Shown piece after piece: positions 29,640 through 38,112 of a stretch of DNA of 64,000 nucleotides. Position 1 is the stretch's first letter, and every line of letters begins with the position of its first letter. A program made the translations under genes and the position numbers. The notes beneath the pieces were generated by a model. The model did no database searches. It was not told the DNA's origin and was given only the letters and a program-made list of their open reading frames with translations. This DNA comes from an archaeon (GTDB taxonomy: Archaea > Iainarchaeota > Iainarchaeia > Iainarchaeales > 1-14-0-10-31-34), in the NCBI GenBank assembly GCA_043819075.1, contig JBDRFE010000002.1, positions 114 through 64,113 of the forward strand, written 5' to 3'.

Positions 29640-30049
29640 ACTCCGCATTGTGTTCTGATTATTGTCCCGTCTGCTGCAACAGTAAAAACTTTTTCTTCTC
29701 CGCTGAAATCCACGAACAAATTATAAAACACTGAATTAAGCTTTACTGCGCTTGTCATTGTGTGTGGCTCTGAAAAAACAAGCAGGTATTTTTCTACAAC
29801 TGAAATTGCCTGCTGTTCGTTTTGTATTGTTGTATTGCCTTCAAACAAAACAGGGTCTTCAACTGAAGATTCACACCAGCAGTTGTCAACCATACAGGCG
29901 AACAACCCGCACACATCGTCTTTTTGCTGAATGCATTTGTCTGGCACTTTAACTGCTTCGGCGTCATCAAACAAAACTTTTTCCTGTGCACAGCCAGACA
30001 AAAAAACAAGCAAAACCAAAAACAAACCAACAAAAACCTTGTTTTTCAT
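29636..30049 (-). CDS. Cys-rich lipoprotein
   Basis: Lipobox LSGC; six further Cys. Confidence 0.7.
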   Translation of the reverse strand: MKNKVFVGLFLVLLVFLSGCAQEKVLFDDAEAVKVPDKCIQQKDDVCGLFACMVDNCWCESSVEDPVLFEGNTTIQNEQQAISVVEKYLLVFSEPHTMTSAVKLNSVFYNLFVDFSGEEKVFTVAADGTIIRTQCGV

Positions 30050-30069
30050 GCTAAAAGAATGGTTTTGGA

Positions 30070-30939
30070 TTATATAAATTTTGTGTTTTTTCCTTTTTGT
30101 TCTGCAAACAAAAGCACGTCTCCGTAGTGCTTTCTTTTTTTTACTTTAAACCCTTTTGAAGACAAAAATTCAATCAAGTGCTCCGGCCTGTTTTTTCCCA
30201 CAAAATGTGCTTCCATTGAAATTCTTGTAATTTTTTCAAGAATTTTATCTGGCGCATTAAAAAGAATTTCATATTCTGCGCCTTCAGCATCCATTTTAAG
30301 CAAATCGCATTTTTCTAGTTTGTTTTCAGAGAAAACGTTTTCCAAGGAAATTGTATTGCATTCAATGAACCCCTTATTTTTCCCAAAAAGATTGCTTTTC
30401 CCAAAAAAAGAGTGCCCGCCTGTATTGTTTTCGCTTAAAAAAATCTTTTGTTTTCCGTTTTTTCCTGCAACAGCCTTGTTGAATGCAACAACCCTGTTTT
30501 TACGGTTATTTAATGCAAGATTTTTTTTAAGCAGTTCAAAGTTTTCCGGAACAGGCTCAAAAGCAAAAACTTTTCCCACTCTCCGGGAAATAAAAACAGA
30601 AAAAAAGCCTGCCTGCGCTCCGATGTCAAGCACAGCAGATTTGCTATCTAAAAAAATTTTGTCTGTTCTGTACTGGTCGGCTATTGCTGTTTCAACAAAA
30701 ATATCCCTGTCTTTTGTTTTTGTACGGGTAATGAATTTTGTGCCGTTTCTTAATTCAAAAATTATTTGTTTTTGGTTTGAAATGTTTTGTGAATTAAGCA
30801 GGTAATCTTTCCAGTTTTTTACTTCAAGGATTACTTTAAATGCATAATAAGCGTTAAGGCACTTGATTAAAACAGTATCCGCAATCTGCCTCAGCAAACG
30901 AAACACAAAAACAGGAATCCTCTTAAAATAACTGTTCAC
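30070..30939 (-). CDS. FkbM-family methyltransferase
   Basis: VLDIGAQAGFFS, FAFEPVPENF, LLKMDAEGAEYEIL. Confidence 0.9.
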   Translation of the reverse strand: MNSYFKRIPVFVFRLLRQIADTVLIKCLNAYYAFKVILEVKNWKDYLLNSQNISNQKQIIFELRNGTKFITRTKTKDRDIFVETAIADQYRTDKIFLDSKSAVLDIGAQAGFFSVFISRRVGKVFAFEPVPENFELLKKNLALNNRKNRVVAFNKAVAGKNGKQKIFLSENNTGGHSFFGKSNLFGKNKGFIECNTISLENVFSENKLEKCDLLKMDAEGAEYEILFNAPDKILEKITRISMEAHFVGKNRPEHLIEFLSSKGFKVKKRKHYGDVLLFAEQKGKNTKFI

Positions 30940-30965
30940 GCAAGAAAAAAACAGGAAAACTTCTT

Positions 30966-31340
30966 TTAAACTTCTTTGCTGTTAAGCCTGTTAAACTCTC
31001 TTTCAACAGTGTTTTTATTCACAAAAGGCTTGTGGTGCCTGAATCCTCCGCCAAAAGCATGAGGAATGTGCATTAGTTCATGAATCAGGGTTTTTGTCTG
31101 CTCTTCTTCTGCTTGGCTGAAAAATGGCTCCATTAATTCAATTACATAAAAAGGCTCCTGCTGCATGCCAATCTGCACTGCCTTGCCAATAGTGTGGATT
31201 CTGGCAATAGTTCTTTTTGTTTTAGTGCCGTTAGAGACAATGCAAGAAACCCTGTCTAACTGAATGTGTTTGAAATCCAGTTTCTGAATTAAATCCCTTG
31301 CTTTTAAAGTAAATGCTGTAGAAAACTCGTATTTCACCAA
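30966..31340 (-). CDS. Putative zinc metallopeptidase
   Basis: LIHELMHIP..F.GG.R.H (HExxH). Confidence 0.8.
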   Translation of the reverse strand: MVKYEFSTAFTLKARDLIQKLDFKHIQLDRVSCIVSNGTKTKRTIARIHTIGKAVQIGMQQEPFYVIELMEPFFSQAEEEQTKTLIHELMHIPHAFGGGFRHHKPFVNKNTVEREFNRLNSKEV

Positions 31341-31374
31341 AAAAACCCGTAGTTATGTATAAGCTTGTTTTTGG

Positions 31375-31737
31375 TTATTTGAATTCGTTTATGTTTGCTT
31401 TTATTGTGAGCCTGCCTGAGCTTGTTGCATTCAGCAAGGGGCCGCCAAAAGAATTTGAATTATTTCCCGCCAGAGAAACAACTAATTCTCCTTTATAACC
31501 CATGTTTCCTTTTTCAAAAAACACCCCGTGTACTGAAGTCAGCTTGAATTCCTCATCAAAATGCTTTCTCCTGAATGCCCCACCTATAAAAATATTCAGG
31601 TCAAAGTTTTTTATTCTTCCTTCAACACTCCTTATTGTGGCGCGCTGTATCTTGTTTTCTGCCAGCGCATTCTTTATTCCTGAAATCAATTCTTCCCCGT
31701 CTTCAAACTCCATTGCAATAATTTTGTTTTGTTCCAT
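31375..31737 (-). CDS. PPC/DUF296-like domain protein
   Basis: GEELISGI....E..I..A.I.S..G, L.S..G, FGG.L pattern; usual His ligands not evident. Confidence 0.6.
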   Translation of the reverse strand: MEQNKIIAMEFEDGEELISGIKNALAENKIQRATIRSVEGRIKNFDLNIFIGGAFRRKHFDEEFKLTSVHGVFFEKGNMGYKGELVVSLAGNNSNSFGGPLLNATSSGRLTIKANINEFK

Positions 31738-31850
31738 AAACAACCCCTGCCTTTTATTATATATTTATTACAATAAAACCAAATAAAAAACAAATCGCTT
31801 GGCTTCCTGAACAAAGAAACTTTATTAACCCAGGCAAACATACTTTTTTC

Positions 31851-32711
31851 GTGCCCAAAGAACCCAATGCATTCACTGAAGAGCAAAAAATTGCCCTGCA
31901 GAGGACAAGAGAAGAATTAGTTATAAGTGGTTACTCCGAAAAAACAATTAAAATGTATTTATGCTACTTAGAAAATTTTTTTAGGATTGTTTCAAAACCA
32001 TTGAATGGCATTGCAAGAGAAGACATTGTGAAATACATTGCGTTGAAAAAAGAAAAAGACTCGCTTTCAAATTCATCCCTTTCCCTTATCCACGCTGCAT
32101 TAAAATTCTTTTTTGAAAAAATAATGAAAAACAAGGTATTAAATGAAATAATAATACCAAAAAAAGAAAAAAAACTTCCAAATGTGCTTACACAAAAAGA
32201 AATAAAAGCATTAATTAAGGCTGCGAGAGCCGGAAGGGACAGGACAATAATTGAATTCCTTTACTCCAGCGGGGTAAGAGTAAGTGAATGTTCTTCAATG
32301 AAAGTTGCAAGCCTTGAGTTAAATGAGGGAATTGCAAGAGTTAAAGGCGGGAAAGGAAAAAAAGACAGAATAATAATCCTTTCAAAAAAATGGATGCATA
32401 ATTTAAAAAAATATTTGAAAAGAAAAAAAATCCAGAGTGAATTCGTGTTCTCCAAGAAAAACGGCAAGCCAATCACCCCAGACACCATAGAACGGTTGGT
32501 GAAAAAATGCGCTGAAAAAGCAGGAATACAAAAACATGTCACCCCTCACTCACTCAGGCACAGTTTTGCCACACACTTGCTTGAGTCAGGGGAAAATATA
32601 AGGAAAATACAGGAACTGTTAGGCCACAGCAACCTGGCCACAACCCAGATTTATACTTTTGTTTCAACAGAAGAGCTCAAAAAAGTCCAGAGCCCTTTAG
32701 ACAGGCTTTGA
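31851..32711 (+). CDS. xerA: Tyrosine recombinase XerA
   Basis: YSSGVRVSE (R), GKGKKDR (K), HSLRHSFATH, LLGH..L.TTQIY (Y); SAM-like N-domain; C-terminal SPLDRL. Confidence 0.9.
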   Translation: MPKEPNAFTEEQKIALQRTREELVISGYSEKTIKMYLCYLENFFRIVSKPLNGIAREDIVKYIALKKEKDSLSNSSLSLIHAALKFFFEKIMKNKVLNEIIIPKKEKKLPNVLTQKEIKALIKAARAGRDRTIIEFLYSSGVRVSECSSMKVASLELNEGIARVKGGKGKKDRIIILSKKWMHNLKKYLKRKKIQSEFVFSKKNGKPITPDTIERLVKKCAEKAGIQKHVTPHSLRHSFATHLLESGENIRKIQELLGHSNLATTQIYTFVSTEELKKVQSPLDRL

Positions 32712-32986
32712 CACCCTGCAATTCCGGTAATAACCGCAAAATTCCAATAACAAACGGGTTTTGGCAAAAAGACAAAAAAACAAAAAAAATTATGTATATC
32801 TTAACCAAAAGAGGTTTGTGTGGTGTCTGCTTATAACATAAAAAAAAACCAGTTATGTATATTTGTGTTTTTTGATTTTTTTTAGCCAGCAAAACACTGA
32901 AAAACAAGGGTTTTTCACATAACAAACCCAAAAGTTTATATATATAAATGAAGTTATTATTTAATCAAAGTTTTTGAGGTGTTTTT

Positions 32987-33307
32987 GTGACCGTTAGATT
33001 GTCAAAACTATTTGGAATAGACATTTACACTGAGAACGCAGAATACAAGGGAAAAGTCTTTGATTTAGTTATTAATTTGGAAAAGGGAAGAATTGAAACA
33101 ATTACGACCGAACCATTGAAAGTTAAATCAAAACAGGAAGCAAAAAAAATAATTAAAGAAAAAAGCGTCCCTTATAGAAACGTTAAGTCAGCAAAAGATA
33201 TTCTGATAGTTAGAACCGGAAGAGTTGACATTGAAGAAGAAGAAGCAGAAGCTGTGGCAGCCAAGCCGCAAAAATCTTATTATTCTTCTTATGTCAGAAG
33301 AAGATAA
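32987..33307 (+). CDS. PRC-barrel domain protein
   Basis: LS.L.G.DIYT..AEY.GKV.DLVIN...GRI, VPY..V....DILIV. Confidence 0.8.
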   Translation: MTVRLSKLFGIDIYTENAEYKGKVFDLVINLEKGRIETITTEPLKVKSKQEAKKIIKEKSVPYRNVKSAKDILIVRTGRVDIEEEEAEAVAAKPQKSYYSSYVRRR

Positions 33308-33494
33308 CTTTGTTTTTTTACAAGGTTATTTCTTCACTTTTTACCTCTAAACTTCTGTTTATATTCCTGCTTTATAAATAATGCTTTAAATCAGTTATTT
33401 TTAGCAAACATTTATATTTAATTAGAGTATAATATATATACATAAAAACATGTTAGTTATTAATATAACACATTACTGGAAGTAAGGGGTCTCT

Positions 33495-34082
33495 GTGAAA
33501 GGGTATTTTGTGCAGTATAAATTTATTCTGCCTAAAGACATAAAACATTCTTCTTATACCTATCAGAAGCTTTTCAGGGCAATTTATGGTTATTCCCAGC
33601 AGGTTTCAAAATCAAACGGAAAAACCTATGTCTATCACAGGCCCGGAGTTCTCTCAGATACGCCTTTCATAAAGCATGGAAAGAATTGTGTTGTAATCCC
33701 ACAAGAAAAATTTTCTGAGTTAATAAATTTTTTCAAGACAGGAAAAAACCCAAGCCACTCCTGGGCAGTTAAAGGCGACTGGAAAGCAGTCTATTATTTA
33801 AATGAAAAAGAGATTCACGAACCAGATATAATTAAGTCTCTTGAAAATCTTATTGACAGGACTTACATCATTAATCCATTAAAAGAGCACGGGTCAATCC
33901 TGCCTGAAATGGAAAAATTAAGGAAACAGGTTGTTGAAAAGAAAAATCCAGACAGCGGGTTTTCCCAGACTGTTTTGAATGAATCAAAGAAAATAGTTAA
34001 CTCACAGTGGTTCAAGGATGTTTATTCAAAGTCTGATAAGCTAAAACACTTCCACTCACTGCACAGCTTTCTCAAAGGCTAA
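33495..34082 (+). CDS. Hypothetical protein (possible Cas2/VapD-like ferredoxin fold at the N-terminus)
   Basis: KLFRAIYGY...GK.Y.Y.RPGVL pattern; the fold call is a weak impression. Confidence 0.5.
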   Translation: MKGYFVQYKFILPKDIKHSSYTYQKLFRAIYGYSQQVSKSNGKTYVYHRPGVLSDTPFIKHGKNCVVIPQEKFSELINFFKTGKNPSHSWAVKGDWKAVYYLNEKEIHEPDIIKSLENLIDRTYIINPLKEHGSILPEMEKLRKQVVEKKNPDSGFSQTVLNESKKIVNSQWFKDVYSKSDKLKHFHSLHSFLKG

Positions 34083-34484
34083 TAATTTTTCTTCTTCTTT
34101 TATTTTTTCCTTGATTTTTATTATTAAATCCTTTTTTCTCCATTTTCTTTTTCCGCCCACGCTGGTGGTTTCCAACAGGCCGACATCAACTAAAGTCTTA
34201 ATATATGGGTAAAGGCTTCTGTCATTTTTGTAATCTATAAGAAATAATTCCTGGATTCTCCTTTTTATTTCATCCATTGGAACCCATTCGTCAAAGCTAA
34301 TAACTGAAAGGATGTGGTGTGCCTGGGTATTTTCAATTAAATTTATGTAATCCCATAAACTATAAATCCCAAAAGAACTTTCTTTTTCTTCAGTCTCGTA
34401 AATTGTTTCAGATTTTTTTTCTGTTTTTTTCTCTGAAAAAACCGAAAAAATTTTGTTTAAAAATTCTTTTAACACAACAATCAA
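34056..34484 (-). CDS. Winged-helix protein
   Basis: SLYPYIKTLVDVGLLE...GGKRKWR helix and wing. Confidence 0.6.
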   Translation of the reverse strand: MIVVLKEFLNKIFSVFSEKKTEKKSETIYETEEKESSFGIYSLWDYINLIENTQAHHILSVISFDEWVPMDEIKRRIQELFLIDYKNDRSLYPYIKTLVDVGLLETTSVGGKRKWRKKDLIIKIKEKIKEEEKLLAFEKAVQ

Positions 34485-34841
34485 TATTATAATTACCTTA
34501 ACTACTTAAAAACTTAACCGTTTTTACCTTTTTTACTGGTAATTACTCGTTTTTTTGTGTTTTTTTAGTTAAATCAGGCACTTATCGTGCCTTAAAACGC
34601 CAAATAAAGCCATTTTGTCTAAAAGTGAGTTTTTGTGTTGTTTGCTAGTTGGTGTGCTGTACACTAATTTTATCGCGAGTTTGTTTTGTTGTTTTATAAG
34701 TGAGTTTGTTTTTTGGTTGTTTTTCGGTTTGTTGAGTTGTGCTTTTCAATGCATGAATAAGTATTTTTAGCTTTGGCTGTCTTATGAGTCCTTTTTTTGC
34801 TTTTTGTGTTTAGAATTAGCTGTTTTTGAGTGTTTTTTTAG

Positions 34842-34916
34842 TAGCGGGGGAAGGATTTGAACCTTCGACCTTCGGGTTATGAGCCCGACGGGCACTCCTG
34901 GCTGCCCTACCCCGCT
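34842..34916 (-). tRNA. tRNA-Met(CAT), initiator
   Basis: AGCGGGGTAGGGCAGCCAGGAGTGCCCGTCGGGCTCATAACCCGAAGGTCGAAGGTTCAAATCCTTCCCCCGCTA; A1-U72 pair and three G-C pairs in the anticodon stem. Confidence 0.95.
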
Positions 34917-35096
34917 GACTTTTTTTTTAGGTTTAAAGCTTTTTTATCGCTTTTTTAGTTCTTTTAACCTTTTTTTTGCTTTTTTTGGCGGCTCTTTCGT
35001 GTTTTTTTACTTTAAAACCAGTTTAACCTTTTTTTTTGGTTTTTTCTTTTTGTTAGTTGTTTTCTTTTATTTGTCCAACTTTTTGTGTTTTTTTTG

Positions 35097-35624
35097 CTAT
35101 TTTGAAAGACCTTTTAATGCAGTTTCTATTACCCCTAACTGTTTTTTTATGTCTTTTATTCTTTTTTTGTTGTCAACTATTTCCATTGTTCCCCCGCATT
35201 TAGGGCATTTGAACTGGTATTCTGCTGCCACCTCAAATGGAACGCTGTCACACATTTGTTTGCATGAAAAAAACACATAATCTTTTTCAAACCCTAATTT
35301 TTTCTCTAAGTTTTCTATTTTCCCGCCTTGTTCTTCTATTATTAGTTCTGCTATTCTTTTTGTTTTTATTTCCCAAGTGTATGAATACCAGCCCGTTTTG
35401 TTGTTCTTTTTTTTGTCGTAGCAGGCAATTCCTCTGTAATGAAGCCTGTTAAGTATTGCTCTCACTTCAGTGATTTTCATTTTAGTCTGTTTTGCTATTT
35501 CTTCATCACTGAATCTCTTTTTTTTATCTTGGCAAACTCTTACTAAATCAACTGCTTTTTCCCCAGCCGTGTTTACTATAAAATTTCTTGCAAGTTCCTG
35601 TGCCATCATTTGTTTCTTTACCAT
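35097..35624 (-). CDS. tfe: Transcription factor E, alpha subunit
   Basis: DEEIA....EVR.ILN.L, TGWYSYTW, zinc ribbon with F.CPKCG. Confidence 0.92.
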   Translation of the reverse strand: MVKKQMMAQELARNFIVNTAGEKAVDLVRVCQDKKKRFSDEEIAKQTKMKITEVRAILNRLHYRGIACYDKKKNNKTGWYSYTWEIKTKRIAELIIEEQGGKIENLEKKLGFEKDYVFFSCKQMCDSVPFEVAAEYQFKCPKCGGTMEIVDNKKRIKDIKKQLGVIETALKGLSK

Positions 35625-35665
35625 ATATTGTTTTTTTGTGAATGATAATTTAAATTAATGTGGTT

Positions 35666-36196
35666 TCACTGCTTAATAGTTTTTTTCCCTTTTTTTTGGG
35701 GCACGATTTTTATTTTTGCTTTGGGAAACTTTTTCCAGAGCTCTTTTCCTTCAAACAATTCATGCAGTGCCAATGCAAGTGCAGCAATTTCTGAGTGCGG
35801 CTGTGTTCCAACAGAAACATTATAATCACTTTTCTGGTAAATTTCTGGAGGCACTTTTTCCCCGCCTATTATTATGCAAACTTTTTTTTCCTTTCTTAAT
35901 TCTTTTATTTTTTTTTGCAGTTCTTCCCCGTACATTGTCAGGTGAACCAGCGTAAAGCCTTGTTTTTTCAGTTCAGTTATTTCTTTTTTTCTGTCTTCAG
36001 AAAAACTTATTTTAAAATTTCCGCCCCACACTAAAACAACTTTTTTCACACTTTCTTCTATCGATTTGTCCTGTTCCCCGATTATTGTTATTTGTTCTGC
36101 GCCTAAAGCCCTTGCAGTTAAAGCACAGTGTGTTGTGGTCCTGATATCCCGGTAAATTCTGTGTCCAAGCCTTAAAACCCGCACTTTTTCAACCAT
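35666..36196 (-). CDS. trm56: tRNA (cytidine56-2'-O)-methyltransferase aTrm56
   Basis: VLRLGHR..RD.R.TTH..LTARALGA, VHLTMYG, GGEKVP, QPHSE. Confidence 0.95.
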   Translation of the reverse strand: MVEKVRVLRLGHRIYRDIRTTTHCALTARALGAEQITIIGEQDKSIEESVKKVVLVWGGNFKISFSEDRKKEITELKKQGFTLVHLTMYGEELQKKIKELRKEKKVCIIIGGEKVPPEIYQKSDYNVSVGTQPHSEIAALALALHELFEGKELWKKFPKAKIKIVPQKKGKKTIKQ

Positions 36197-36253
36197 ATTA
36201 TTTTATTGGTTACTTTCTATTTTTATATTAACTTATTATCACAGTGCGTTTGA

Positions 36254-37531
36254 ATGATTGATATTAAATTAGTAAGGGAAAACCCTTTTCTTGTAAGAAA
36301 AAACCTTGAAAGAAGGCAGACAAAAGAATGTTTGGTTTTGTTTGACGAGCTGGTTGAAAAAGACAAGGAAATGAGGAGTGTTTTGCAGGAAACAGAGGAA
36401 CTAAAACACAAAAGAAATATTGTTTCGCAGGAAATAAAGCAGTTGGTTTCGGCAAAAAAAGACGCGTCAAAAGAAATAATTGAAGCAAAAGACTTGCCAA
36501 TAAAAATAAAAGCAAAAGAAGATCTGCTCATTAAACTTAAAGAAGCCCAGAAAAACCTTTTGTACAGAATTCCTAATTTATTGCATAAAGACGTGCCTTT
36601 TGGCAAAGACGATTCACAAAACAAGGAAATCAGGCGAACAGGAAAAATTCCTTCTTATTCTTTTGAGTTAAGGCATCACGGTCAGTTTGCGGTGGAATTA
36701 GGCTTGGCTGACTTTGACAGGGCAGTAAAGATTTCTGGTTCAGGGTTTTATTTCCTTAAAGGAGATTTGGCTTTGCTTGAACAGGCTTTAAGGAAACTGG
36801 CAGTTGACTTGCTTGTAAAAAAGAATTATTTGTTTATCAGGCCGCCTTTTCTTTTGAGGAGAAAGCCTTACAGCGGGGTAACAGATTTAAATGATTTTGA
36901 AAATGTAATGTATAAAATCGAAGGGGAAGACCTTTATTTGATTGCAACTTCCGAACATCCGTTAGTTTCAATGTTTTTGGATGAAATTATTGAAGAAAAG
37001 CTTCCGTTGAAATTTGTTGCTTCTTCTCCTTGTTTTAGGAAAGAAGTCGGAAAACACGGGTTAGATGAAAGAGGCTTGTTTAGGGTGCATCAGTTTGATA
37101 AAGTAGAGCAGGTAATTATCTGCGACCCAAAGGATTCAGAGAAATTTCATGAAGAGCTTTTAAAAAATTCAGAGAACTTCCTTAAGCTTTTAAAAATTCC
37201 TTTTAGGACAGTTAATGTTTGTACTGGTGACATCGGAATTGTTGCGTCAAAAAAATATGATGTTGAAGCCTATTCTCCGAGGGAAAAAAAGTTTATTGAA
37301 GTAATGTCTTGTTCTAACTGTACAGATTATCAGGCAAGAAGGCTTAACATGCGTGTTGTTGTTAAAGGAGAAAAAATTTTTCCTCACACCTTAAACAACA
37401 CAATGGTTGCAACAGCAAGAATGCTTAGAGTTATTTTAGAGAATTTTCAGACAAAAAAGGGCACAGTGAAAATTCCAAAGGTGTTGTGGCCTTACCTGAA
37501 CGGCTTAAAGGAGTTAAAACCCAAAAAGTAA
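36254..37531 (+). CDS. serS: Seryl-tRNA synthetase
   Basis: LYLIATSE, CFRKEVG...RGLFRVHQFDKVEQ, SCSNCTDYQARRL, HTLNNT. Confidence 0.97.
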   Translation: MIDIKLVRENPFLVRKNLERRQTKECLVLFDELVEKDKEMRSVLQETEELKHKRNIVSQEIKQLVSAKKDASKEIIEAKDLPIKIKAKEDLLIKLKEAQKNLLYRIPNLLHKDVPFGKDDSQNKEIRRTGKIPSYSFELRHHGQFAVELGLADFDRAVKISGSGFYFLKGDLALLEQALRKLAVDLLVKKNYLFIRPPFLLRRKPYSGVTDLNDFENVMYKIEGEDLYLIATSEHPLVSMFLDEIIEEKLPLKFVASSPCFRKEVGKHGLDERGLFRVHQFDKVEQVIICDPKDSEKFHEELLKNSENFLKLLKIPFRTVNVCTGDIGIVASKKYDVEAYSPREKKFIEVMSCSNCTDYQARRLNMRVVVKGEKIFPHTLNNTMVATARMLRVILENFQTKKGTVKIPKVLWPYLNGLKELKPKK

Positions 37532-37621
37532 GTTTAAATAAGTTTTTTCACTTAATTTTTTCAGCTGATTCTCAAAGACAGTTTATATTTTTATTGACAT
37601 AATTTTATTTATTGTTTTTCT

Positions 37622-37694
37622 GGGTCCGTAGCTCAGTCGGTAGAGCACCGGCCTTTTAAGCCGGGTGTCAGGGGTTCGAATCCCCTCGGACTCG
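37622..37694 (+). tRNA. tRNA-Lys(TTT)
   Basis: Cloverleaf GGGTCCG/CGGACTC; anticodon arm CCGGC-CTTTTAA-GCCGG; GTTCGAATC T-loop. Confidence 0.95.
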
Positions 37695-37820
37695 TTAGCC
37701 GCTTCAGTGCGGCTGTAACTGTGCACGGCGTTCGCTTCACTCAGCCGAGTGTGCTTCGCTTTCGCGGTTTCGCCCGCGAGCCCCGAAAAATGTCAAGCCA
37801 TTGCTTTGCAACGGCTTATT
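37695..37820. repeat. GC-rich multi-hairpin (REP-like) element
   Basis: Several short hairpins; shares an exact 19-mer and a 22/26 segment with 59168-59428. Confidence 0.7.
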
Positions 37821-37892
37821 AATTTCTCATTTCTTTCTTAAAACTTTTGCAGTTAAAATTTAAATGAATAAAACTTTTTTTGAAAAAGTTTT

Positions 37893-37980
37893 GGGCCCAT
37901 AGCTCAGTCGGTAGAGCACCAGCCTCTTAAAAAAGTTCAGGGAAAGCTGGGTGTCGGGGGTTCGAATCCCCCTGGGCTCG
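37893..37980 (+). tRNA. tRNA-Lys(CTT) with a 15-nt canonical (37/38) intron at 37930-37944
   Basis: CCAGC-CTCTTA[AAAAAGTTCAGGGAA]A-GCTGG; central helix CTCT/AGGG with 3-nt bulges. Confidence 0.9.
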
Positions 37981-38112
37981 TAACTGCCACAGCTAGTTAA
38001 CATCTGAATATGTCGAGCTGTTTCATTTCATTCAACAGCTCATTAATATTTTTTTTCACCGGCAGTCATGTGTTTAGTTCTTGTTTTAAAAGAGAAAAAA
38101 TAATTTTTTATA

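Larger units (their letters stand above)
24112..32861 (+). repeat. Dispersed intergenic motif (A-tract-C)-N5-GTTATGTA(TA)
   Basis: GTTATGTA at 24112, 24912, 28701, 31352, 32852; ATTATGTATA at 28164 and 32789; reverse copy at 24557-24566; one more copy at 42204. Confidence 0.6.

Noticed and set aside
24112..32861. CRISPR array or classical integron
   Set aside because: Motif copies are short and spaced irregularly from tens of bases to kilobases; no cas operon, no attC hairpins, mixed gene orientation, and no IntI-specific insertion in the recombinase
31851..34916. Provirus or island integrated at tRNA-iMet using the recombinase
   Set aside because: No duplicated tRNA 3' end and no viral or plasmid replication genes seen
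34485..35096. T/G-rich tracts around tRNA-iMet, and ORF 34879-35280
   Set aside because: Low-complexity skewed DNA; the ORF overlaps the tRNA and tfe on the opposite strand
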